A stretch of DNA of 64,000 nt from Octopus sinensis (GCF_006345805.1 NC_042997.1:169818001-169882000); one strand, 5' to 3'. Positions 12,306-24,715 are shown, counted from the first letter of the stretch. Made by a program: numbers and translations. The notes: generated by a model not told the origin, from the sequence alone.

Positions 12306-12389
12306 ATTCCTGTTGCTGTTGGTGCTGCTGCTGCTACTGATAATGGTGATGATGATGCTTTTCCTCTTTTTGGGGTTACAAGCTGTCAA

Positions 12390-12845
12390 AATACCTAGTG
12401 GTATTTCTTTTGGCTCTTTACATTCTGAGTTCAAATTCCACTGGAGATGACTTTATCTTTCTTCCTTTAGGGTCAATAAAATAAGTACCAGTTTAACACT
12501 GGGGCCAGTGTAATCAATTTATCCCCTCTCCTGAAATTGCTGGCCTTTCACCAAAATTTGAAACTGCTATCATCATCATCATCGTCATCATCATCTTCAT
12601 CATCATCATCATAATCATTATTATTAAGGCAGTGAGTTAGCAGAATTGTTCGCGTGCAGAACAAAATGCTAGTGGCATTTCTTCCAGCTTATTACATGCT
12701 AAGCTCAAATCATGCCACAGTCAATTTTGTCTTTCATGCTTTAAGGGTCAATAATATAAAGTACTAGTCAAATAATGGGATTGATGTAATCAACCAAACT
12801 GTTCCTGCCAAAACTGCTGGCCTTACTCCAACATTTGAAGCCACT
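12390..12845 (+). mobile_element. Two head-to-tail family B SINE copies separated by (CAT)n/(ATT)n
   Basis: Repeated ctgagttcaaattcc...ctttcttcctttag.ggtcaataaaataagtaccagt and ccaaaatttgaaac endings. Confidence 0.75.
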
Positions 12846-12954
12846 ATTATTATTATTATTATTATTATTTCTACTTATAGCCCGAATAGACAACTTTTGA
12901 GCTTCTCCGTTCAATTTGAAAATTTTCAAAACTTTGGCAGAGTGTTTGGTTTAA

Positions 12955-12986
<32 letters not shown>

Positions 12987-13348
12987 CCTCCCTCTCTTTC
13001 TCTCTCTCTCTCTCTTTCTCTTCTAGTATGAGATGTAAAAATAGTTAAATGCTGGTTTTAATCTTGACTTAATCAATGGTTAAATGGTTAAATTAAGCAG
13101 TACATTTATTTTTCTCTTCATGTTGCTTATTTCCTTTGTCAGTAGATTCCATTCATTTTTTTTTTTAAGGGAGCTACTTTTGTTTAATGTTGATTCTTTT
13201 TTCTTTCTTTTTTTTAAAGAAATAATGAAATAATTGTTTAAAAGTTTTTTTGACTTTGATATTAATATCCGTATACAGTATTCTCTTTAAAGTAATAAGT
13301 TTAATTTTAAAAATCCATTTGTTTCTTTTTTTGTTATATTCATCCTAT

Positions 13349-13525
13349 TCTATTTTCTCATTAGTATTTTGGTTTATCATAATAGTGTCAAACTATAAAA
13401 CTATTTTTTTAGACATATCTTGTCTTCATCCTTAAATCTATTTTTTCATTAGTATTTTGGTTTATCATAATAGCATCAAACCACCAAACTATTTTAGTAT
13501 AAATTTTTTTTTTCTTCATCCTTAA
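13349..13525 (+). repeat. Imperfect 88-bp tandem duplication
   Basis: tctatttt.tcattagtattttggtttatcataatag..tcaaac starts at 13349 and again at 13437. Confidence 0.85.
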
Positions 13526-13757
13526 CACCATCAACTAATTCTTCCACACATAGTGAAGCATCATGATTTATTAATTTGTCTTGAACATTTTTTATTCTTT
13601 TTTTGTATAAGCATTTATGTTATTTCAGATTTAAGATTGGATTTTTACTGTTTCCATTAGCTAGGTTTGGGGCTATTAATCAGAATAATCTTAGAAACCT
13701 CATTTATTAAATTACCTTTGTTCTAGAGTAGTAAACAACATTTTTACACTGTTGATA

Positions 13758-14134
13758 AAGATATTAAAATCTTGATGTTATCTGTTCAAATGTTTTTTTT
13801 TAAAATTATTGATACCATTAACCAATTTAGCTAAAATTCTTCGGTAGTAGTATCACAATGTTTTAAAACTATCATTGTAGTAATAATTGCTAATTTGGAA
13901 TTATATCTAATGAGTATTCATCATAGTTGTGTATTTGTATTACCATAATTTTATAATGGATATTTTAAGTTATTGTAATTTTTCTTCAAAGAAATGCATC
14001 TTTCAGATAAATAGGTTAGGCCATTAAATTTTCGTTCAGACATCATTACTCTGAAAGTATACTTACTAATGTATACTTCAATTTTATTTATTTACTTCTA
14101 TTAGAACAACTGTTAAATCATAAACATTTAATTC
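13758..14134 (+). repeat. Diverged local duplicate, copy 2
   Basis: Colinear with 10949-11303, sharing the identical 53-nt and 33-nt blocks. Confidence 0.9.
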
Positions 14135-15968
14135 ATTATTCAATAGTGACTGTCTCTCATGAAGGACCTATTATATTATTTCTGCTTTATATAGATTTTC
14201 AGTCCCAGTACTAAAGATTAGTAAGATCGACTTGGTTGACCTTTACTGTAAAATATCACAGTATAGAGGAATGCATTAATGGATAATTTTTCTCAGAATG
14301 GTGGCTGGTGAATAAGAAGTGGAAGCTTGGTGAAAGGTATAATTTATTAAGAATTCGGATAGATATTGTGAAAATATGAAAGGAGCTAGACAGTGTGAAA
14401 AGGATCACATAATTTATCTGTGTAATAAGATCATTCTATAAATTGTAAAGCCAATAGGAAAATTCTTTGCTTTATATGTAAAAGCAATGTAGAAACTCAT
14501 TATCCATGTAACCCGATATTTATAATGTGTAAAACACTGCCAGTTTGAAATGACATCTTTGTACAGAAAGCCAAGTTGTTACAGAGATAATTGATAAGGT
14601 CAAGGAAAATCATTATATAGGGAACTTTCTGTTATGGAAATTGGTTCAAAGATGAGCTGGCTTACAAAATTTGTTAGCAAGATAAAGAAAGACTAACTAG
14701 ATATTTGTCAAGAAGCTTCCTGGAACTTCAACATAGAAACGGTCACTTCATGTAAATATTAAATTGCAACACCTATAATATCATTTTATTGTAGTAATGT
14801 GATAGCATTGTCATGGTTAAGAATCTCTTTCTCTTTCTATCTTTATATTATATATCTTTATCTCTTTCTCTCAAAGACACGTACATAACAGCAGTTTTCT
14901 TATTAAAGTTTCTGTAGCTTTTCTTTTTATTATTTTGTAAAGCTATTAAGACATATCTACTACTTTTAAACATTTTATTAAGTTTAGTGTCTTTTGCAGT
15001 AATGTGTAAATAGAAAAAGTAATAATCAGTTATCTCCATTATTATATATCATGTATTATGTTTCATGTTTTGGAACTTTTTTTAAGTTAGTTCAGCTTGA
15101 GATTCTGATGGATATGACAAGCACAAATAAAAGAACAATATTAACAAGAACAATGTACATTCCAACCATTGATCCAAAATAGAAGTAAAATAGAAACCTA
15201 ATATTTTTCATTACATATGCTTTATGATTGTATATAATACGATTTGTTATAATATAATTGAAAATGTTCTGAGAGAATATACTATTCCTTATAATTTGCT
15301 AATATAGCTGTCTATATCAGGTTTTTCTCATTTTAACTCCAGCTGCTATTTCACAGGATAACAATAAATAGAATATATTGTATATTAAACAAAATGAATC
15401 CTTCATTGTATCTAAAATCAATGTCTATCTTGGATGAAACAGCACAAATATTAAGCTTAGAACTTAAGAAAATAAAACTAATGCTGTGTATGTGTGGACA
15501 GAAGTAGCAAAATGGTTAAGTGGTAATGTGGCCTCCTGTAATAAACAGGCATCCTATCCTAAGAAAAATTTAAATCTCATCTATTTCTACTTCACATCAT
15601 GAAACTGGATCTAAGAACTAGCTACTGAAGCCCTCTAAGGTGTAGAAGCTACCTGTGTGTGGGGTGGTGCGTGTGTACGTGCGTTGCACTTCCATTTACA
15701 GTTAAGTTCATTAGAAACTTCTGGATTTGCCACTAGAAATTCAGAATTCTTTGAAATTTTTCACAAAATCTTTAGTCCATATCCATATGATGGTTACTGT
15801 AAGGCTGGTGCAGATTTGCAGTTGATACATTTATATGGCTTATTCTATTTCCTGTTAAATATATGCTGTTGATTTGAGTAAAAAACTTCTATAGCCATTC
15901 TTAAATAATACAAGCAATTTCTTTTATTTTTTATTGTGCTTTTCTCTGCCAAAGTTTACTCATATCAT

Positions 15969-16540
15969 AGGCACAGCCATGGTTGTGTGGTTAGGCACTT
16001 GCTTCCCAACCACATAGTTCTGGGTTCGTCACACTGCATGGCACCTTGGGCAAGTATCTTCTGCTATAGCTCTGGGCTGACCAAAGTCTTGTGAGTGGAT
16101 TTGATATATGGCAATTGAAAGAAGCCCATCGAGTATATATGTGTGTGTGTGCATTTTCACCCCCAATACCACTTGACAACTAGTGTTGGTGTGTTTATAT
16201 CCCCCATAACTTAGCTGTTTGGCAAAAGAGACTAAGAGAACAAGTACCAAGCTTAACCTTCTCGATACCAACCTGGCTGAAACCACCTCTGGCTCTTTAG
16301 TACAAATGCCTTGTTTTCATAAGTTTTGTATTAAAATCTTCCATCAAACCTTAGTCACAATTTATGTTCCTAACACCAGCTCAATGATAACTTATTTTAC
16401 TACATTCTTTGTTATATTTAAAATCAATTGAAAGAAACACAGAGCATCTCAAAATAAATACAGTAACAAAAGGGTTAAAACAAAAAAGCACTAAAAGTTT
16501 TTCAAGGCAGTGCTCTAGTATGGCTACAGTCTAATGACTG
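15969..16540 (+). mobile_element. Family A tRNA-derived SINE split by a piggyBac MITE
   Basis: Head ggttgtgtggttag...gggttc..gcatggcaccttgggcaagt, internal (TG)n, 3' part tcaaggcagtgctctagtatggc resumes after 16478. Confidence 0.85.
16257..16474 (-). mobile_element. piggyBac-type MITE family 2 with intact TTAA duplication
   Basis: TTAA 16253-16256, ccttctcgatacc ... gtaacaaaaggg, TTAA 16475-16478. Confidence 0.85.
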
Positions 16541-18241
16541 TTGTTTCAAATATTCCCCAATCCATTGTATTTTAATGTGCCTCTGAAATCACTTCTGGTT
16601 CTGATACATGGCATTTTCATTTTTAACAGTTCAGATTTAAAACCTCTTGACATAATTTTACGTAAAACACTTTTTTGTTAAAATACATTTTAAACACCAA
16701 CTTAATGAAAGTTATTTCCCTGAATCCCTCCAAATACTTGATTATTTTAAAAATCAAATGAAACATACTAGTGGTGCCTTCATTAGAAATGTGAACACAA
16801 GAATTAATAAAGCAAGCAATAGAATGTTTACTTGAGACTAGAAAACATTTTGGCTGTGCTACATAAAAGAAAGATGCATTGGTCTATCTTAAATTTTTTG
16901 ATACTTACGATAAGATCTTGGATCAATCAACAAATTGTTAGTAAATATATTGATTGGTAATTCAATCAAAATAGCAAAAAAGGCAAAGAAAGATCTAAGA
17001 GACTAAGCATTTTTTTTTAAATTTCATTTCTTGTTGTTGATGTGTGTTCAATAATGTCTGACCTAATAATTTATACACTGATGTTCTACCATAAGTTTAG
17101 CAAGTAGGAATAGTTGTGTTTGTTAATCTAGAGTTTATAGTCTTTTATGATTAGGATCAACATGATTCACGTCCTGACATTTGACATAACATTGTAATGT
17201 TATATTGTAATTTACTTGTCGTTAAACTGTTGTTAACTATATGATTTTTTTTTTATGTTGACTTTTAAATTCACATCATTGAGCTAGTCTAATTCGCAGT
17301 ACTGTTAGTAACTACATATGTTTTGTTTGTAAGTCTCTCCTTGTGAAATGCTAGTTATATGTGAACATATGATATTTGAAAAGTCAAGTATATATTTTTG
17401 CAGACTGAAAATAAAATCCCTGTTTCACTCATATGTTTTCACTACTAACCATCATCATTTTATTGTGATAAAGCTACTGTACCTACAGTTTTGAGTTGAA
17501 GTTTTGCTATAGTTTCCTTAACTAAGTCTTCTCTTTGTCATTTTCATTTTGTAAATTTGAGAGATTTTATTCTCTGCATACAGTCTAGGAAAATGTTATA
17601 GCTTGGTGCTTTTATAACACTACTTAATAGGTACAGAATTTTTTTCCTTTCCTTCCTTTTTTTTTTCAACTAAGCAGTGCCTTACACTTGAAGTGTCAGT
17701 TGATATCTTTAGGTATTTTCACATTTAATTGATTCCATGAGTTCTTTCGAGTTTTGGATGTCTGCAGGAGATTTGAGATTGATTCTTGAATGAAAAACCA
17801 AACCATTTGTATAGAAGTGACCTTGTGCATTTATTCATACAGGTCTGTTTTTTAATTAATAACTGAAATGAAATGAAGTAATTTTCAGATAAAATCATGT
17901 GATTTTACATCCATCTATTGTCTAAAATGACTTAGTAACTGACTATCATAAATAGATAGTTGAAGTGGCAACTATTGTGCTGCAAAAGCATGTTCCCAAC
18001 AGGATCAAGTTTTGACCTACTTATGATACATGTCTGGGACTTTTTCACTTCATTTACATTATTCATATTGATTTTAGACAGGTATGAAAATTTCAACTTT
18101 TACTTCCCCTCCATTTCAAGTAGTAACTAACAATAATGTCTTGATAAGTATTATTGACAATGAGCATTTAGTCAGAAATTGAAGGCATTTTTTAAATATT
18201 TTTTCTTTTAGTGGATTCATAGATTGAAACATGGTCTAAAC

Positions 18242-18786
18242 CAGTCATAGGCAACCTACAGCCCATGGGAGTTTCTAAACAGCATACCTACCAAAAGAAT
18301 TACCTTTAATTTCTTTAGTAGTGCAGCACACCTAATGATGAGTTATGCCTCATGCAGCCTACTTTTTGAAAAATGTTGCCCGTGCTTAGGCACAGGAGTT
18401 CTGTGTGGTAAGTAGCTTGCTTACCAACCACATCGTTCCAGGTTCAGTCCCACTGCGTGGCACCTTGGGCAAGTGTCTTCTACTATAGCCTCAGGCCGAC
18501 CAAAGCTTTGTGAGTGGATTTGTAGACGGAAACTGAAAGAAGCCCGTCATATGTATGTGTGTGTGTATATATTTGTGTGTCTGTGTTTGTCCCCCCTACA
18601 TCGCTTGATAACTGATGCTGGTGTGTTTACATCCCCGTAACTTAGCAGTTTGGCAAAAGAGACTGATAGAATAAGTACTAGGCTTACAAAGAAGAAGTCC
18701 TGGGGTCGATTTGCTCGACTAAAGGCGGTGCTCCAGCATGGCCACAATCAAATGACTGAAACAAGTAAAAGAGAAAAGAGTGCTGG
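18242..18786 (+). mobile_element. Possible hAT (Charlie-like) MITE whose right TIR is split by a SINE
   Basis: Left end cagtcataggcaacctacagccc; right end aaaaatgttgcccgtgc[SINE]tg; flanks gtctaaac / atataaac (6/8). Confidence 0.4.
18388..18779 (+). mobile_element. Full-length family A SINE
   Basis: Nearly the same as 43980-44400; B-box-like ggttcagtccc; gtgct duplicated on both flanks (18382-18386, 18780-18784). Confidence 0.92.
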
Positions 18787-18989
18787 ATATAAACTGCCAT
18801 ATATGCAAACCTTGCTACTGACCTTGCATCTGCAAAACACTTGTACTTATTTTGTTTGATCATGTACAGTAGTTAAAACATTTAATGAAACATTAAACAA
18901 ATGTTTAAATTTGCTACATTAAAAAATTAGTATAAAATCCTTTAAGAAATATAAGTTTGTACTTACCCTTTATCCTTTCGATTGCATGC

Positions 18990-19372
18990 ACTTTGTTTCA
19001 GTCATTGAACTGTGGCCTTGCTGAGACACCCTCTTGAAGGGTCGAATCTAACAACTCAACCCCAGTTCTTATTTTGGTGGTCTAGTACTTATTCTTTTGG
19101 TCTCTTTTGCAGAACAGCTAACTTATGGGGGCCTAAATGAACCAACACCTGTTATCAAGTGGTGGAGGGGACAAACATGAACACAAAGATATATGCATAT
19201 ACAAATATATAATTGCTTCTTTCACTTTGTCTCTACCAAATTCACTCACAAGGCATATCTTGGCCCAGGGTGCAGAAGAAGACACATGCCCAAGGTGCTG
19301 TGCCATGGGACTGAACCTGAAACCACATGGTTTCAAAGTAGGCTTCTTAACCACACTTCCACACCTATGCCT
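18990..19372 (-). mobile_element. Family A SINE (older copy)
   Basis: Reverse complement similar to 18388-18779 over its length. Confidence 0.85.
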
Positions 19373-19884
19373 GTTTTTGTATATATTGTATGTAGATGTG
19401 AATATAAGATAGAATGAATGTAACGTAAACAGAGAAAAAGGAGTGAGAGAGAGAGAGACAGACCTGTTGTCATTTGTTTGAAGCTTCATCAACTCCTTCA
19501 GATGGCAGTATTTGAAACAAAAACAAATGCATCTTTTAGCTCGACAAATACAGAGTATGATTCATTAGATCTGCTAAGCAAACTGTGAGAAAACCAAGTT
19601 GAAAATACAATATACTATTAGAGATAATTTTTATGTATGCACTTGTGAAGGAGAAAAAGCAACAGACAAAGAACAAAGATTTTATTGTATTTACTTTTCA
19701 CCTTCTTGTTCATTTCTTTCTGAAACAATACCACTAAGGTGAATAAAATGTTTATTCACAATTGTAGGTTTTTCATATTGATTTTGAATTTTGGTATTGT
19801 TTATTCAAGTTGCTATAAACATGATTATTCCACTTTATAGTTATCAAAAGAATACGAACAGTTTCAACAATGAACGCAACACAA

Positions 19885-19888
19885 TACA

Positions 19889-19920
<32 letters not shown>

Positions 19921-19926
19921 ATACAT

Positions 19927-19961
<35 letters not shown>

Positions 19962-20130
19962 CACATATACATATATATACACATATACATATATACATAT
20001 ATATATGCACACACATATACATACATACATACATATACATATATATATTATATACACATATATATATATACATATATATATATGTGTGTGTGTGTGTGCA
20101 CATATATATATATATATACATGTATGTATG
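19885..20130. repeat. Compound (TA)n/(TG)n/(CA)n microsatellite
   Basis: Directly visible; source of several spurious ORFs. Confidence 0.95.
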
Positions 20131-20530
20131 TATTGTTAATGTCATAAAATTTTATAAATTTTTGAGAGAATATGAAATAATTTTTTTTTTAAACAGTGGA
20201 TCTTGCGACACATAAAACCATAAATAATAGCATATAGATATTGGGTTGAAAAATCTCCTTTGGATAGAACAATTTGAAGGCTGTCCATAGGACTTGACAC
20301 CACATCTCCTGTAGATATGATAGACATTCTACCAGTGGACCAAATTAATCTTTCAAATTTCTACATTCATTTCAGAAGCTTTATTCTTCCTGTCTACAAA
20401 GTATGTGAGTGTGATTATTTTTTCTGTCCAAAAGGGTTTCCAAGTCAATATTTTCATGCTCTAAGTTTTGGCATTATATACTTCAAGATCCACTGTTCCA
20501 AAAAAGTATTTTGTGTGTGTGCATGTGCAT

Positions 20531-20940
20531 GCAGAGATGTGGCTGTGCGGTTAAGAAGTTCACCTTCTAACCATATGTTTCATGTTCAGTTGCATTGTTT
20601 ACCACCTTGGGTAAGTATCTTCTATCATATCCCTGGACTAAGACAAGCCTTGTGAGTGGATTTAGATGAAAACTTGCCAAAGCCCATTGTATGTGTGTCT
20701 GTGCTTGTGTCTCTTTGTCTTGACATCACATGATAATTGTAAATGGGTGTCACCATCACGCCTATACTCTCATTCATTTGTAACCTTCCATGAAAACATG
20801 TCTAGACACAGGTAAATTTTACCTTGATTGGAAATAGGTGGGGGTTGGCAACAGGAATTGTATCTAGCCATAAAATTCTGCTTCAATAAATTCTTATTGA
20901 TCCATGCAAGCGTAGAATAATGGACATTAAAATGATGAGT
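20531..20940 (+). mobile_element. Family A' SINE (family A head, RTE-like 3' tail)
   Basis: Family A head up to gtgagtggatt, then gtcttgacatcac...ggcaacaggaa...catgcaagcgtagaataatggacattaaaatgatga. Confidence 0.8.
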
Positions 20941-22014
20941 ATATATATTTAATCAACTGAAAGTTACGAAAGTGTTTCAAGAGCTGAGAGCTTCATGCAT
21001 AGCACTTGTCAAACTGACTTCAATTCTGGCAGATTCATTCTTATATAGAATGAATTAGAATTTCTGGAATTTTTGATTAAACATTAATATTGAGGAGAGG
21101 TCACATGAAAATTACAAAATTTTGGATAATCTGCTTATTAAACAGAAAGTTGTTTGGAAATAAAATAAAATGCGAACACCAGCTGTCACACACACACACA
21201 TGCGCACTTATTAATGTATGTACAAACTTAAAATATACTATACATATTTAAGTTTATACATGCATTAATTTTCACATGTGAATATATTCATATGTTAATA
21301 TATAAATACATTTAAATATTGTGTCAACAGAAATACAAATGCATGTGTATATTTTCCTATGAATACACACATGAGCTAATTGAATGTGCACGCACACACA
21401 TACATACACATGTACATATCCCTACACACATGCACGTGCGTGCACACACACATTGCCCAAAGTGCCATGTAGTGGGACTGAACCCAAAACCACATGATTG
21501 CGAAGTGAGTTTCTTAAGCATCCAACTATGCCTGCACTTATTGTTTACTTAATTTGTAAAAATAAATTTTTCTTTTTTGTTGTTGAAATAAAGAAACAAG
21601 ACAAAGGGTGACTATTAGCCTATGATAATAGATTTATCTATTTTGTTTTATTTAATTATGTTTCTTTTGTTAGCTTATATTCAGTTCATTAATGAATAAA
21701 TTTATCTATGCGTTAGATAGAAAATAAAGTTTAATTAATTAATTAATTACTTCATCAGGCAAATAAAATATCTATCTTTGTTTAATACAAAGGTAAATAA
21801 ATATTTGTTTTCTTATTTTATAAAGTAAAAGGATTTTATTCATTTTTGGCCAAAGAAAGAAGAAAGTAGAAATACAATGTAAAGGAAGATGTGATAGTAA
21901 ATTTGTATGTTTATTTTGTTATTCATCAGTAGGCATTATTAGCCAAGAAAAGGGAGTCTTTCAAAACAGGCAGCTGACAGAAGGACCAGCCATTTTTAGT
22001 TGACAGCAGTGTGA

Positions 22015-22566
22015 TAGATAGATTAGACATTGTTGTGTACAGGAAGACATCATACCCAACGAATGGTGTAGCAGCATTATAGTCAATTGTTACAAGGGCA
22101 AAGGAGATGCCTTAACCCTTTAATATTCAAATTACTCTATCAAATGTAATACTTGTTTAATCATACTGTTTCTAATTAATCATGCATTTTCTCATAGCTT
22201 TGAGATTTTGATGATGTGATTGCATATTTTTTAGAATGACATTGTAGGATAGGTGCTAGAGGCTGGAACTGGTTGGTTTTGAATATAAAGCAGGTAGAAT
22301 ATTTGGCCCAGATATGGTTGGTTTAAATACTAAACAGTTAAGAGGTATCAAATTGCTGGGACATTCCACGAAAGTTACAAAAAGAAAAGAATTAGATGAG
22401 ATGAGATGAGATGCTTTTTTTTTTTTTAAGCCATGAAGAAGTATTACTGATGCTCTCTTCCAAGTAAGGCAACTGCAGAAGCATTTAGCCAAAAGTAAAC
22501 CATTGTACTTGGCTTTTGTTGACCTGGGGAAACCCTTTGAAAGAGTCCCTCACTCCATGATCTGTG

Positions 22567-22609
<43 letters not shown>

Positions 22610-22917
22610 TAGATATAACCCATGCTAGCATGGAAAGAGGACATTAAACAATGATGATGATTATATATATATATATATAGTCACTGCAGAGGCTAGGCAT
22701 AAACTGAATGGCTGTTGAGAGCCATTCAAACCATGTACAGGGATGCTGTCAGCAGGTGAGAGTTGGCAACGACCACAGCAACAAATCCAGTATGCAAGTA
22801 GTAGTCCACCAGGGCTTGGCATTCAATTCCTTCCTGTTTATTATAGTGTTCCAGCTCATAACAATGCAGTTTATGACTGGTTGCCCATGGGACCTCCTCT
22901 ATGCTGATGAAATATAG
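22015..22917 (+). mobile_element. Fragmented RTE LINE reverse-transcriptase remnant
   Basis: IPNEWCSSIIVNCYKGKGDA, RGIKLL, KPLYLAFVDLGKPFERVP and ...VHQG...GCPWDLLYADE (YADD equivalent); interrupted by a MITE, (CT)n and (TA)n. Confidence 0.85.
22116..22337 (+). mobile_element. piggyBac-type MITE family 1 inserted in RTE coding sequence
   Basis: TTAA 22112-22115, ccctttaatattc ... aaatactaaacag, TTAA 22338-22341. Confidence 0.8.
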
Positions 22918-23448
22918 CTAAATCTGAGTAGAATTAGAAAACAAATTCCAGTATACTCTGTAAAGTGTTTGATGTTAGGAAGGGTATCTACCCATAGAAC
23001 CTATGCCTAAGCAGACATTGGAGCTCAACACAGTCCTCTGCCAATCCTTGCCACTATGTAATATAGACATTAAATGAGCTTCATTCAGTTTCTGTCTGCC
23101 AAATCCATTCTCAAGGCTTTGATAAGCCTAGGTTGTAGTAGAAAATACTTGGCCAAGGTGTCACACATCCTTTTGAATAATAAGATTGTGGGACCTGCAG
23201 TTATGCTACATTTATCCAAATATTGCCTGGAATGTGACAGTTTTCTACATTTTATGAAGAGATTATGGTCCGAATTACTGTCATTGTTGTACAGTTTGGT
23301 TGGATAAAGCTGGACATAAGGTCAGATGGTCATGTAACTACATAAATAGTAGTTGCCCTGAAAATTAAGGTTGTTTTACAGAAATTATCATGTGAGACCA
23401 TGGATAAAAATTATGTGTTATGTCTATGTATCTATCTAGTTAGTTAGG

Positions 23449-23487
<39 letters not shown>

Positions 23488-23543
23488 TTTATATACCAAG
23501 GTGGAAAAAATAGTACTCAAATACCAGTGGCAGAGTAATATGG

Positions 23544-23592
23544 TTTATTTAAAGCAGCAGAAAATTCAGAATTTTCTGCTACTTTAAATAAA
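23544..23592. repeat. Near-perfect 24-bp fold-back hairpin
   Basis: tttatttaaagcagcagaaaattc-a-gaattttctgctactttaaataaa; 23/24 complementary. Confidence 0.95.
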
Positions 23593-23593
23593 G

Positions 23594-23625
<32 letters not shown>

Positions 23626-24134
23626 GATAATGTGTCAGTTCACTACAGCTGTTTCCTTTGAATTTTTTATTGATTAATGGAGACGTTAAATCATCAGAAA
23701 AAAACATTTTCATCACGTAATTGACTCATTATTCATCAGTTATTTATTTATTATTCACCTCACTCAGAACCTGCTCCTTGTGTACATCCAAAGTATATTC
23801 TGAACCATACAGTTTGTACAATGTACGTTTCTTGATTAGTGGTATCGATATACTCAGTCGGGTAAAACTAATTGTATACATAACCTGAATATCTTTCTGT
23901 CTGTACTTCCATATCCTGGGTCACCATTATATGTATACATTTTAAAAAAAAAAATACTATTTATATTTATACTTTATCTTGGGCGGGATACACATTTTAC
24001 ACTCAACCAAACTACTCTTTACTTGTTCAGTCCTTTGACTGTGGCCATGCTGAGCATACCGCCTTTATCAAGCATCGACCAGACTTATATTGGTAATCCG
24101 AGTACTTTTAATCGTCTCTATGCCTGAACTGCGA

Positions 24135-24505
24135 GTATATATACTGTGTGTATATATATATATTATATATATATATGTATGTGTATATATATAATATATG
24201 ATATATATATATATATTGTATGTGTATATATTTATATATATATATATAGTTTATTTATATAAGATATATGTTTGTAATATATATATTTATATATATATAT
24301 TATATGTATGTATATATTATATGTATATATATGTATGTATATATATATAGTATAATATATATATATGTATGTATATATATATGTATATATATATATATAT
24401 ATATCATATATATTCTATATATATATATATATTATAGTATATATATATATATATGTAATGTATATATTATATGTATGTAGATATATATATGTTTATATAT
24501 ATAAA
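24135..24505. repeat. Long degenerate (TA)n microsatellite
   Basis: Directly visible. Confidence 0.95.
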
Positions 24506-24715
24506 CACAAAGTTGACATGGCCCGCAGAATGTGTTTCCTGGATTCTCAGAACTTTCCAGTCGAGAGATATCCCACCCATATCCTTCTCTCTCCACTTTT
24601 GCCCGACCCCACCTTGATACTGTTGTCCACGGTGGTCTCCCCACACAAAACAAGGTATCATAAAAGTTGAAATACCTCAAAGGGCAATCACAAAAAAGAT
24701 AGATGGCATGAACAG

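Noticed and set aside
19773-20215. Stack of 90-118 aa ORFs on both strands (also 24268-24680, 25213-25543, 31019-31491)
   Set aside because: They are translations of (TA)n/(TG)n/(CA)n microsatellites (YIYI/CVCV/THTH).
24505-24715. Possible hammerhead in the repeat-like segment next to the gap
   Set aside because: A GAAAG-UUC-like stretch exists on the minus strand, but there is no CUGANGA box, and the sequence quality is doubtful.
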